DNA of 64,000 nt, taken from contig CP075497.1 in assembly GCA_021613535.1 (NCBI GenBank), forward strand, positions 10,788,001 to 10,852,000, given 5' to 3'. The position numbers were made by a program, and so were the translations under genes. Shown here piece after piece: positions 1 to 11,446 of the stretch; positions within the stretch are counted from its first letter, which is position 1; each line of letters opens with the position of its first letter. The DNA is from Adineta vaga. Taxonomy: Eukaryota > Animalia > Rotifera. The notes below the pieces were generated by a model. It worked only from the letters and a program-made list of their open reading frames with translations. It did no database searches and was not told the origin of the DNA.

Positions 1-164
1 CTATTGGATATCATCTATACCATCGAAATTTTTTCAATAATCATTTCCAATTCGAAAAAATTATCCATTGTCTTAATCAAATTCATTCTGTCTGTCTGTC
101 TGTTGAAAACGATTGAAAAAAGAATTGTTGTTTTTGTCGTCAGTGAAATATTTCCATTTGAAAA

Positions 165-795
165 ATGCCATTATCAATTGAGTCGGAAATTGATCTTCTT
201 TATCATTTATCGACAATGTCTGAACATGTTTTACCTAAAGGAATCTTTTATCTTCTTCTTTGGAAACGTCTTAATCAATCCAGTATTCCACCAGCTTTTT
301 CATTCAAAGAAATGGTTGATCATCTTCGTACGCTGTAATTACTTTCTTTTTCTCGATTATTTAGAAAGAATGATTCCATATTTTATTCTGAATAGATATG
401 ATGAAAGCGTTTTTGATAATCCAGAATTACCAGAATCGAACGATCATGATTTCGAATGGCATCCTATAAAAAATAATCAAGAAGAAGAACCTCAACTGCA
501 ATACAATGAAAAAGATTTATCCAATAAATCTGAAACAATAGCAACACTTCCAACTGCATCACCCGTCGTTGCTAAAACACGAAAACGTCCATCATCGCCA
601 ACACCAAGTACGCCAAATAGTGATACTGGCCGTCGAAGTGGCCGTCAAAAACTTAATCCTCATCCAAAAGATGAAGATGAACAACAACAATCGAAAATTG
701 AAAAACGAAAATCAACAAAAGATTCATCTCGAATATCAACACGATCTATACCAACAAATGATTCGATTGGTACACGTTTACGAGGACAAAAATAG
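165..795 (+). CDS. MRGBP: MRG-binding protein / Eaf7-like (NuA4 complex subunit), 2 exons (165-334, 396-795)
   Basis: Spliced across a GT-AG intron at 335-395: MPLSIESEIDLLYHL...KEMVDHLRTL|YDESVFDNPE resembles MRGBP 'IWDHLSTMYDMQALHESE'. Basic Ser/Pro-rich tail (RKRPSSPTP). The ORF-track start at 4 is spurious. Confidence 0.65.
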
Positions 796-976
796 AAATA
801 GTTTTTCCAATATTGTACATAAGATTTTTCTTTCAGAAAGAAACGAAATGAGAACAAAAAAAAGAAATGAAAATAATTCTATATAGATAAAGAGATCTGT
901 TATTCTAATGAATTTATATTGTAGAAATTACATTAAAAAAAAAGACATTTAAGAAAAGAAATAAAGAAAACTAATT

Positions 977-1474
977 ATGTCTCAAAATCCCAAACAAACT
1001 CATCCACAAATGCCAGCACCACAACTCAATCAGGATGAAACACGTGTCTTGGGTGAATGTGAAAAAGAATCATTAATTTATCGAAGTATACCATTAGGTT
1101 TGATATCATTCTTTGCAACACAATATGGAATGCAACGAAATATTATAACAACAAAAGCAAAATGGGTTAAACTCAGTGCAAGTTTATTTCTCGGTTATCT
1201 TATTGGTAAAATTTCTTATGCACCAACATGTCGAAAGAAAATTCTTACACAAATACCTGATAGTAATCTTGCACATGCAATTCGTAGTGGTGATCCTCGA
1301 CAGATAATTGCTGTTAGTCCTCAAGAAAATGATCATCAATCTTATTCAACACAATCATCAAGAGATCCACATGAAGCTGTTGTTTTTATACCTGATCCAG
1401 TTGAACCCGATACACATACAGTACCTGTAGGTGTGAATCAATACGGTGATCCAATATACAATATATCAAAATAA
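977..1474 (+). CDS. OCIAD1: OCIA domain-containing protein (OCIAD1/Asrij-like)
   Basis: ETRVLGECEKESLIYRSIP, two hydrophobic segments, GYLIGKISY..C..KI...PDSNLA, and C-terminal NQYGD are OCIA hallmarks. Confidence 0.85.
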   Translation: MSQNPKQTHPQMPAPQLNQDETRVLGECEKESLIYRSIPLGLISFFATQYGMQRNIITTKAKWVKLSASLFLGYLIGKISYAPTCRKKILTQIPDSNLAHAIRSGDPRQIIAVSPQENDHQSYSTQSSRDPHEAVVFIPDPVEPDTHTVPVGVNQYGDPIYNISK

Positions 1475-3306
1475 TTTATTTTCATCTTATTGACAAGATA
1501 AACTAACTTTTTCCTTCTCCTCTTTATCCCTTGTATGTATTGATAAAAGTAACTTTTTTTTTTCAACGATTGATTTACTTATTTCAGCGATTAGTTCTAG
1601 TAAATGTAGATGAATATCTTCTGTTTTCTTTTCAGAATTTACCAACTATCCCATCAAAACAATAATTGACAGAACATTATTATTGACCAAGAGAATTTTT
1701 TTTATCTTAATTGATCATACGCATGATTAATTTTTATGATAGTTATGTAGACCATATGGCTGCTCGAGTTTGACTACACTTTAAACATAAGATCAAAACA
1801 GTTGATCGAATACATTTTGTCTTATTCATTCATCATTTCTAAGTGTTTCATAGATCAAGACAAGACTGATATCTGACCAAATGATGCGAAACATTTCTAT
1901 TCATAGGAGAATTCTGAATCTTTCTCTTTTTTGTTTCACACGAGAGAATAAATTTAGACGACTTTTGATGATATCATCTGCTTTCGATTACGTGTAAAGA
2001 GCGAGAGAGAGAGAGAGACACCCTTAGGCGAAGACGCATATACACATACATATCCTCATGATGATTTATGTGAAAATGTGTTGCTCGTGTATGTTTTGAC
2101 TAGATGCATATAGACCAACGGACATTCTCACCGAAAACATACGAGTGTAAATAGATAATTGTTGTATAATCGTCATCTTATCGATAGAAATGATGTGTTC
2201 ACGTATATACATCATCATTATGTTCAATTACGATGCTCTTCAAAGCCCGTTTGAACGTCAAAAAGGCGAGAAATACGTGTAGTAATGATGGAAGTGAAAC
2301 AAAAGAAGAAAAAAACCGAAGTAGTCTTTCAAGTGTAATCATATGTCTTCATATAGAACACAAGAAATTGATTACATAAAAATAAAACAAAAAAAATCAT
2401 TTCAAATTCAATCTTTTTTCTTGAAAGACTACCATTGATTGTATATTACTTGATAAGGTCAAGAGTAATTTTTCATTTTTCAAGCTGAGAAGTAATTTAT
2501 CGAATGAACTGAGAAGAATATTTAAAGATATCGATTTTTTTAACGTCTCATTTATAAAATGACCTATACTCACGACGTGAGAAAAAGACAAGAAGGCGTT
2601 TAATGTTGTATATGGATATATATGTAAGCATTCATCAAGTCGTTCGATGTCTTCTCTCTTCCGTATTATCGAGCTCACATCACGCTGGGTCACTTCGCTA
2701 CGTCTGTACTACTTCTTATCTTGATCCCCATCTGACTGACCGACCGGTCGACGACCATACTTCCATTCTTTTCGTTCGATTTATTCTCTTTTTCTTTCTT
2801 TCTCTCACCCTCTCTCTCGAGTATTTTCATTCTGCTAATAACACATCGACAATCCAATATATGTAGTAAAACAAAGAAGAGAGCAGTTCTTCTTCTTCTT
2901 CTTCTTCTTTTTGCATTATTGATGATATCCTTTCTTGTCTGTTCTCGAACAACAGATGATAACAATCAAGCGCGAATATCAACAATAGACACAAGAGAAT
3001 GACCATAGATCTCATAAAAGAAACGAAGAGAAAAAAATCATGCTAATAACAATAATACAACGGCAGTAGTAGTAACATATTCATCGCTCTTCTGAACATT
3101 TATTCACAAAGTCAGTGTATGTTCTATATAAACATCGAATAAAAAAACGTAGAACAAGAAGAAAAAGCGAGAACAAGAGAGGGACAGAGAGAGAGAGAAA
3201 AAGAACGGTCTAAGTATATCACTTCTCAAATACATACAATGATCGTGCTTGATTCACGTTGTTGGCCAAAACGGTGACTATTAACATAATAAAACAGCAA
3301 AAAATC

Positions 3307-4775
3307 ATGCTATTACAAAGTTTTCTTCTCTTCTTTATTTCATATCCGCAATTAGCGGAAATGGTAAGATTCTTTCTCCAATTCTTCTCTTTATTCTCAT
3401 ACTTCTTTTCTTTTTTATCTTCCTAGTTCAATCAAAATAATGATCATCATCAACGTCGTCAAACATCATCTTCAACAGCATTAGTAAAATTTAATTATTC
3501 GAATAAATCACACTGTTTTCTCTTTGTATTATATCGTTTTAGGAATTTACTGCTAATGTTGATTATAATAAACTCTATCAACGATATTTAAATATAAATA
3601 ATGCACGTGTTAAAAGTATTGAACCAAAAGATAAACTTTGGTTTGCTATTGAGAATGGAACGATCTTTGCTTTACCATTATTTGGAGACTATCCAGGTCC
3701 ATTTCTAATTCAATTTCAACAATTAAATAATCATACAAGTCCAGGTAAGGATGATTTGATTTTATAAATTCTCTCTACTTTGTTTTTTTCTTTCGACATA
3801 GAATTTAATAATTTAATTGAATTAAAATTAAATTTTAATTTTACTCCATCATCATCTTTATTCTATCCATCGGATCATCTTCTCCTTGCTGTTTTTGATA
3901 TGTCATCAACAACTTATAATCATTCATTATTAAATCGTTATTTTATTGTTCGAACATTATCTCTTGCACTTAATTTAAGTGAATCATTATTAACAATACA
4001 TAGAATCAATGGTTCTATGATCAAAGTTTATTTCTCATGTGATTTATATTTCTCAACAAATTTATCGTTTCATTTAACAACATTAATTGATCGTTATTAT
4101 TCTCGACGTTTACAACTTTTATCACTTTTTCCTCTACCATTAATTGAAATATCGATTGTTCGATTAGCTAAATCTACAACAATCGTAACATCAACTATAA
4201 TGACAACAACGACAACTTTTAAAACACACATGGTTGATTTACGTAAAGGTCAATTAACTCTTCCACCACGATTATTAAATGATAATACAATGAAATTTAA
4301 TCGAACAGTACCACCCTTTAATAGTCTTCTTCTTCTCAAACAATTTTATCAACCACTTGTTATTGTACCATTAAGTGTAATTGCTGTTGGATTATGTATA
4401 TGTGCGATTATTGCATGTTGTCTTTGTTGCAATCGACGTTCATCATCATCGTCAACGTTACTTTTACCTAATGGTACATCGACTAGTCCAACAAATAAAC
4501 ATCTCTATCAAAATTATTCCTATCGTAAACATAAACAAGAAAATGAATTTTATAAGAATTCGACTCGTCATCATGATCAACGACAATTTATCTCGAAAGG
4601 TGAATAATGAAAGATAAAAATTAACAAAAAAAAAACGTTTTATTGAATCTTTTTAGGTATACCTGTTGTGTTTGCTGAAGAATTGGATGAAAACATTGAA
4701 CAAACACATACACCATTAGTTATGCGTATTGAAAAAGCTCCAGCAAATGATGAACAAGAAAAAGCCTCAGTTTAA
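3307..4775 (+). CDS. Short dystroglycan-like type I membrane protein (about 5 exons)
   Basis: Hydrophobic N-terminus MLLQSFLLFFISYP, a Thr-rich stretch, TM segment (LVIVPLSVIAVGLCICAIIACCLCC), and a spliced tail FISKG|IPVVFAEELDE...PLVMRIEKAP matching beta-dystroglycan 'FIKKGVPIIFADELDD...PLILQEEKAP'. Confidence 0.7.
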
Positions 4776-5538
4776 TATGATTAGAATGGAAAAAATTCTT
4801 TGGATTTTGTTTTGTAGATTAGCACAATTTTGTTTCTGTATCATTGCAAAATATGTGTGGGTGTGTGTGCGTGTTTGTGTGTTCCATCAAGCGAATATTT
4901 TCGTATTATATTTCTTTTTTTGTTTTGTTCTGATAAATCATTCAAATGTTTTCGGAATTCGTTTTGTTTAAGTTGATAATTTATTGTATATTCGATTTGT
5001 CTCAATGAATCAAATGTGCTGATTTTTCTTAGTTTTACAAATGAGAATTACAAAGCTATTCATAAAAGACCAAAGAGATATATGATTACAGAATGTGGTG
5101 TAATGATTGTTTATTATGATAGAGGATAGAGAGAGAGAGAAAGTGAATAATAAACTAATCCTTTTCATTTACTAAAGAACAACGTGTTCGATGAAAAAAG
5201 ATACATTTGATAATCTTAAATAAACAATAATCGTTTATATAATTTTTATTTTGAGATTTATTATCTAATTATGTTTATTGCTGCATCAGATGTAAAAGAT
5301 CTGACTAATGTTTAAACGATTTGATAGAGAGGATAGATCATGCAGAACGGAACTAAATCATAATATTATATTTAAGAAGATATGTAGCAGATGGTCAATC
5401 ATTTATCAATTCCTATTGTAATAAAGAATCAGTGCAGAACGACTAGACAAAAAACATTTCTTCTATGTATTCTATTCAAAGACTTATCAGGAAAGATCGA
5501 TGATAAATGAATGTTTTTCTTTTTCTAAAATCTTTTAG

Positions 5539-6317
5539 ATGAATACATCATCAATTGATGATAGAGAAATAACACGAGAATTATGGCAATCACGTATACT
5601 TATATGTTTTATTCTATCCGATAAAGATATCAGTAAATTCCATCGATCAGAACTACCAGAACCATTATATTTAACGCTTCCACGTATTACTGATAAATTT
5701 TATCGTTATTATTCGACCTATTTCAAAGAAAATCTATTTGATTCAACCAATAACCTATGGCTTGAGTACGAAAATATTTCATTAAAATGACATTATCCCA
5801 TTGATGTACTCTATGATTTATATACTTCTTTATTACCATTGAATACAAGTCACCTTCCATGGCAGATTATTATTGTTCATTTAAGTAAATTTCCTGAAAA
5901 TGAATTAATACGTTTTTCAGATAAAGAATCGATTGAAGGATATTATATGTCAACATTGAAAGAAGCTGATGCATTAAAACATAAAGGTCAAATTGTCGGT
6001 GATATGCGAAAACGTGATCATAAACAATTATGGAATTCATTTTTATAAGATAAATATGACAATTTTTGGAATATAAACAGATAATTTAATTTATTTTCGT
6101 CATATACCATAGCGAATTTATCTATTAGATAGAGCATATCTACAAAAATTATTTTCACCTTATGATACTGAACATGAGAAATGGATGACATTGAATGATT
6201 TAATGCAATACTCATTAAATCATGAATACCATGGTGTACAATTCGAAAATGAGAAAAAATATATCAATACAAATGTAAATGACGATCGAGTGATTATGTG
6301 CGATGAAAAACGTTGAG
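5539..6317 (+). pseudogene. ATG5: Autophagy protein 5 (ATG5) pseudogene
   Basis: DDREITRELW, PEPLYLTLPR, LK*HYPIDVLYDL, LPWQI, MSTLKEADALKHKGQ, DHKQLW, FWNINR, FRHIP*RIY. It carries at least 4 in-frame stops, a frameshift near 6085-6095, an internal deletion, and lacks the C-terminal YPDNFLH segment. Confidence 0.9.
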
Positions 6318-6585
6318 TTCTCTACGATACGATGATCAGATAGAATGAAATTGATTTGAGAATCTTTTTGAATAGTCTGGGAAAAGATGTCGCTGATCAT
6401 ACTCAACATGAGTTCGTCTGATGACTAATCGGTAAATATAAATGAGATATAAAACAGATTCTCGCTACTCCTACCTTGAGATTGACATTATGACATAATA
6501 TTTTAGTTTTTTCTCATCATTTTCACATCTGTTTTTGTTGAATTAGGTGAATCTGTACTTTCTACGTATTCAGATAAGATAAGAA

Positions 6586-7155
6586 ATGGAGAATGTTCGA
6601 TTAATATATGAAAAACATGGTGAAAGTGAATATTACGGTGAGGCTGTAACACAATATCAACATGCAATACAAGCAGCGTATCATGCTGAACAATATGCTC
6701 CGAATGATAGTGAATTAATTATTGCTGCACTTCTTCATGATATTGGTCATTTATTAGGTGAAAAGGCGGAAGATCGAATGGGTAATTTAGGTGTACTTCA
6801 ACACGAACATGTTGGTGCAGAATATCTTCGAAAAAACATCGGTTTATCCGAACGAATATGTTATCTTGTTGACAATCATGTCAATGCAAAACGATATTTA
6901 ACTCATGTTGATAAAGATTATTATAATCGTTTATCAGATGCATCAAAACAAACACTCGTCTATCAAGGTGGACCGATGAGTGATGATGAAGCCGAAAAAT
7001 TTCGTTTACATCCAGACTTTGAACTTTGCCTTCGAATGCGTACATTTGATGAAGCAGCAAAAGATACTGATTTTAACAAATATGAAGAAAAAGCTATTCA
7101 ATATTGGAATTTAATCAAGAACTATATCGAAAAACATGAGAATAATTTGATATGA
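6586..7155 (+). CDS. phnZ: HD-domain diiron oxygenase, PhnZ/TmpB-like (phosphonate C-P cleavage); intronless CDS
   Basis: YYGE-x6-H, ALLHDIGH, QHE, NHVNAKRYL, LSDASKQTLVYQGGPM, LRMRTFDEAAKD: the complete PhnZ motif set. Confidence 0.85.
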   Translation: MENVRLIYEKHGESEYYGEAVTQYQHAIQAAYHAEQYAPNDSELIIAALLHDIGHLLGEKAEDRMGNLGVLQHEHVGAEYLRKNIGLSERICYLVDNHVNAKRYLTHVDKDYYNRLSDASKQTLVYQGGPMSDDEAEKFRLHPDFELCLRMRTFDEAAKDTDFNKYEEKAIQYWNLIKNYIEKHENNLI

Positions 7156-7468
7156 TTAATTGTGGAGTGTCGACCTCTGTTGATAATATCTTTGATTTGT
7201 CCGTAGATAGAGAATATGATTGAGAAAGAAAGAAAGTATAATCAAATGACAGGAAAATTTTCTATTGATTAAAACAGTACTTAGAATAAAAATAAGAAAT
7301 TAATATTTTCAACAAAATAAAATACGTTCTTATTGTTGACATGATTCTTTTTCTTCTGTAAAGGATTCAAAGAGAACAATAAAAGTTAATCAAATTGAAT
7401 TCTTATTCATAGGTTAACAATCTATTTCATTCTTTTAAGATACCTTTTATCGTGTTTATCCTCCTTCA

Positions 7469-10110
7469 ATGTCTGGAGAGACGCCACCAAATGCTGCTCA
7501 TAACAGCAATATTGTTGATCTTTTATCCACATTAAATCCAGCATCTGCAGCAGTAGCAGCAGCAGTAGCAGCAACAACAGCATCCACAGCCACACTTACA
7601 CCATCCACGGGTATACTTCGTAATGATGATTTAAACGTTGATTCATCTGATTTCGTACCTGCCAATCGTCTACTTACTCAACGACAAGCATTGAATAACA
7701 ATAAACAACGTAAGTATATTACAAAATCTTTTTCCTTATCTTCACTTTTTTTTGTTGATTCAGTCGAATCATTGCGAGAACAGCAACAGCAATTGCAACA
7801 TATGGAAATTGACGATCAACAAGCATTTGAAGTCTCGTTTACAAAACACAGGTACTTATTTGAATAGTTTTCTTTCATTATTCTATCTTTCTTTTGTCAT
7901 TTTAAGTAATGCATTCCATACGTTGTTTGAATTTTATCAAGATCAAATTCTATGTGATGTAGAAATTGTTTGTGATAATCAAACATTTCTATGTCATAAA
8001 GTTGTTCTTGCTGCAACCATTCCATATTTTCGTTCAATGTTTACATTAGGGATGCTTGAAGCTGATAAACGTCGAATTGAAATACAAGATATTAATCGAA
8101 ATTCCTTGAAAACAATTATTGAATTTGCGTATACAGCGAAAGCTATTATTACGATTGAAAATGTTCAACATCTTCTCTTTGCATCAACAGTTTTACAAAC
8201 GGAAGATTTAGCTGAAGCTTGTTCAAGTTTCTTACGACAACATTTGTCATTAAGTAATTGTACAGAAATACGTCAATATGCCGAATTACTTAATCGTAAA
8301 TCCTTAATTGATCTAGCTGATGAATTTATTCGTGATCATTTTTTGGAAATTATACAAATCGATGATTTCTATAAGATTTCATATAAACATTTAAAAGTAT
8401 GTTTCTTTTGGAAATTTGTCAAATGTATAATTAGAAATTTATATTTTTCTATTAGGAACTAATTGCATCATCAGATCTAGGCATTTTAGATGAAAAAGAT
8501 GTCTATGATGCAGTGATAAAATGGGTTAAACATGATCCACGAGAACGAGCTGTTCATCTTGCTGGTATATTTAATTAGTAAATGGAAAAATGTTCTGGTT
8601 CATTTGTTATTTTAGATTTATTACAAGAAGTCAAATTTCCATTGATTAATACAGAATATTTATTTAATGTAATTGCTCAAGAAGAATTAATTCGTACAAA
8701 TTTAACATGTCGAGATCTATTGGATGATGCTAAAATACATATTTTTAAACGTGCAAATCTTCTAACAACAAAATCACCTCTTGGATCAAAGATTGTTCCA
8801 AGGAAAACAGCTGCAGGTACAATTCAAGATTTACATTCATTCTTTTATTCGGAATATTTATTTGTTAGGTGTATTATTATGTGTCGGTGGTCGTGGTGCT
8901 ACAGGTGATCCTTTCAAATCGGTAAGATTATCGTTATTTGTTCGATAGAGAAATATTTTCAATTTAATTTTGTTAGGTGGAATGTTATGATTTACGACAT
9001 GATCGATGGTTTTATATATCAGAAATGACAACTCGACGACGGCATGTAGGTGTATGTGCAGTTAATGGGCGCGTTTATGCTATTGGTGGTCATGATGGTA
9101 ATGTTCATTTAAATAGTGCAGAAGTCTTTGATCCACAAACAAATCGATGGGAACCATTAGCACCAATGAATACATGGCGGTAAATTTATTTATATATTAT
9201 CTTATTTTTATGGTGATTTTATTCGTTTAGTCGAGGCATTGCTGTTGGATGTCTTGGCGGTCCATTATATGCTGTCGGTGGACTTGATGATTCGACATGT
9301 TTTGACACTGTTGAACGATATGATATTGAACATAACACGTGGAGTCCAGTAGCATCCATGTCAACAGCGCGCGGTGGTGTGGCTGTAGCAGCGCTCAAAG
9401 TATGTTCAACTGACTTTTGGAAATTGATCTTTATTGAAAATATTTTTGAATTCATAGGGTTATTTATATGCGTGTGGTGGTAATGATGGTAGTTCATCAT
9501 TAAATTCATGTGAACGATATTGTCCATCTTATGATAAATGGACACCTATTGCACCAATGAATAAACGACGTGCTGGTGCATCTGTAACAGTATTAAATAA
9601 TCGACTTTATATACTTGGTAGGAGTGAATTGAAAATAATAGTGTATTGTTGATGTTTACCATTAATTTCAGGCGGTTTTGATGATAATTCACCACTTGAT
9701 TCAGTAGAATGTTTTGATCCAGATATAAATGTTTGGACAATGGTACCAAATATGACATCATGTCGTGGTGGTGTTGGTTCAGCTACCTTAGGTAAATATC
9801 GTTTCATTCTTTGAAAGATAGACTTTCAATATGTTCTTTTCTCATTTAAGGTGGTCGAATCTACTCTGTAGGTGGCCATGATGGTTCGACATATTTAAAA
9901 ACAGTCGAAGCTTATGATGTTGAAAATCAACAGTAAATTTGATATTTTGTAATAAAAGTTATGTTCATTCTTTTTCGTTTGGTTTCTAGATGGATATCTG
10001 TGGCAAGTATCAATATATGTCGAGCAGGTGCTGGAGTTTCTCAATGTGATATAAGTATTTCACAATTATGTGAAGTAAAAAATCCTACCAATCCATCCAG
10101 TTGCGTATAA
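7469..10110 (+). CDS. KLHL8: Kelch-like protein (BTB-BACK-6 kelch), KLHL8-like; multi-exon
   Basis: BTB ([24 protein letters not shown]), BACK domain, and kelch repeats [32 protein letters not shown] typical of KLHL8. Confidence 0.85.
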
Positions 10111-11234
10111 ATAAAACCGTTCAAACCGATTATCGACATCTATGCAAAAGAAAAATGTTTCCTTTCTTATCTTCACAGTGTCTGTATGTCTTCATTGTAA
10201 ATAGACGCAATTCTCTTTCTTTCGATCTTTCTTTGTGTTTGTGTATATCTTTGTGTTCAAAATATCGAAAAAAATCCATATTGGCCATATTTATTTGCAA
10301 TGTATAAAATTTAATTTAGAAAAAAGAGAAGAAGACACGACAAATGGAATAGATAGATAAGTTCTTCTTTCTTCTTCTTCTTCTTCTTTCTTCTGTATGT
10401 TCTTTTTGTTTCTGTGTTTTTGTGAACATCTTTCTTGTTTGAACATTAAAATGAACATTGCATTTCGTTTTCTGATGATAATTTTGTAAACTTAGATCTA
10501 TGTCGAATAGGTTACGTTTTTTGTTTTAAATTAAAGAATACACTTTCGACATATTTCATTAACAATATCAATCTTTTAAAGAACTAATTCATGTTTTTTT
10601 TATGTATAGATCAATTGATGATGTTCAGTAATTGGTTTTAATCATATTTAGTCAGGTGAGTTTGATTATGATTGGTTTTAAAGATACTCTAATCATCGTT
10701 TTATGGAAAAAAAATGTCTATTTCATTTAATCTAAAAGTAGCCCATATTCGATGTTCTATATTGAATAAATCTTTGAATAGTGAGTAGTAAAAGTCCAAA
10801 GATCGATTAATAATAGTTTATCTATCTTCAATGTTTGACTATATAAAGTTTGTTTTAATCTTTTAGATATGAAATGAGTCAAGTGTTGCATAATTCATTT
10901 GTAAAACAAGATAAAACAACGATGTGACATCCACGAGTATTGTGATGGAATAATGATCATGTGACTTTAATAGACAAATATTTTGGTTTAACAATTTCCT
11001 ACTTCTATGTGATGGAGAAAAACTTGCAAAGAAAATGCTTGTTTTTAGTCATACGTCGACGAAATAAAACCTCAATTTAACAAAAACGGGACTCTTTTTA
11101 TCTGTTTTTTTGTTGTCATATCAGTAAATAGGAGATAAAAAAAGAAATAAATAAAATGTCAACTCTTCTGTTTTATCTTAGAAACAAAATCATGAATGAT
11201 TCAATGTTATTTGCTTTTGAGTTGTATAAGAAAC

Positions 11235-11259
11235 GAGAGAGAGAGAGAGAGAGAGAGAG
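11235..11259. repeat. (GA)n microsatellite
   Basis: Seen directly. Confidence 0.9.
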
Positions 11260-11446
11260 TCGAAGTTCTCGATTACCTTTTGACACAAATCCAATAGACT
11301 TTAATAAAGCGTACATTTATTTTCTTATAAGAATTTATTATTGAAAAGCAAAGCTTATCTAAAGTAAATATCCGTTAAAAATCAGAAACATTTTCTCTAT
11401 TCATTTAATATCATATAAAGTACAAGGTGAATTGATTCGATTTTAT

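Noticed and set aside
4-395. N-terminal half of ORF 4..795
   Set aside because: It reads through the wrong frame and an intron. The real first exon is 165-334.
5788-6112. Stop-codon readthrough or an alternative genetic code in the ATG5 copy
   Set aside because: All three stop types occur along with a frameshift and deletions, and neighbouring genes end normally at TAA/TGA. Pseudogenisation is the simpler explanation.
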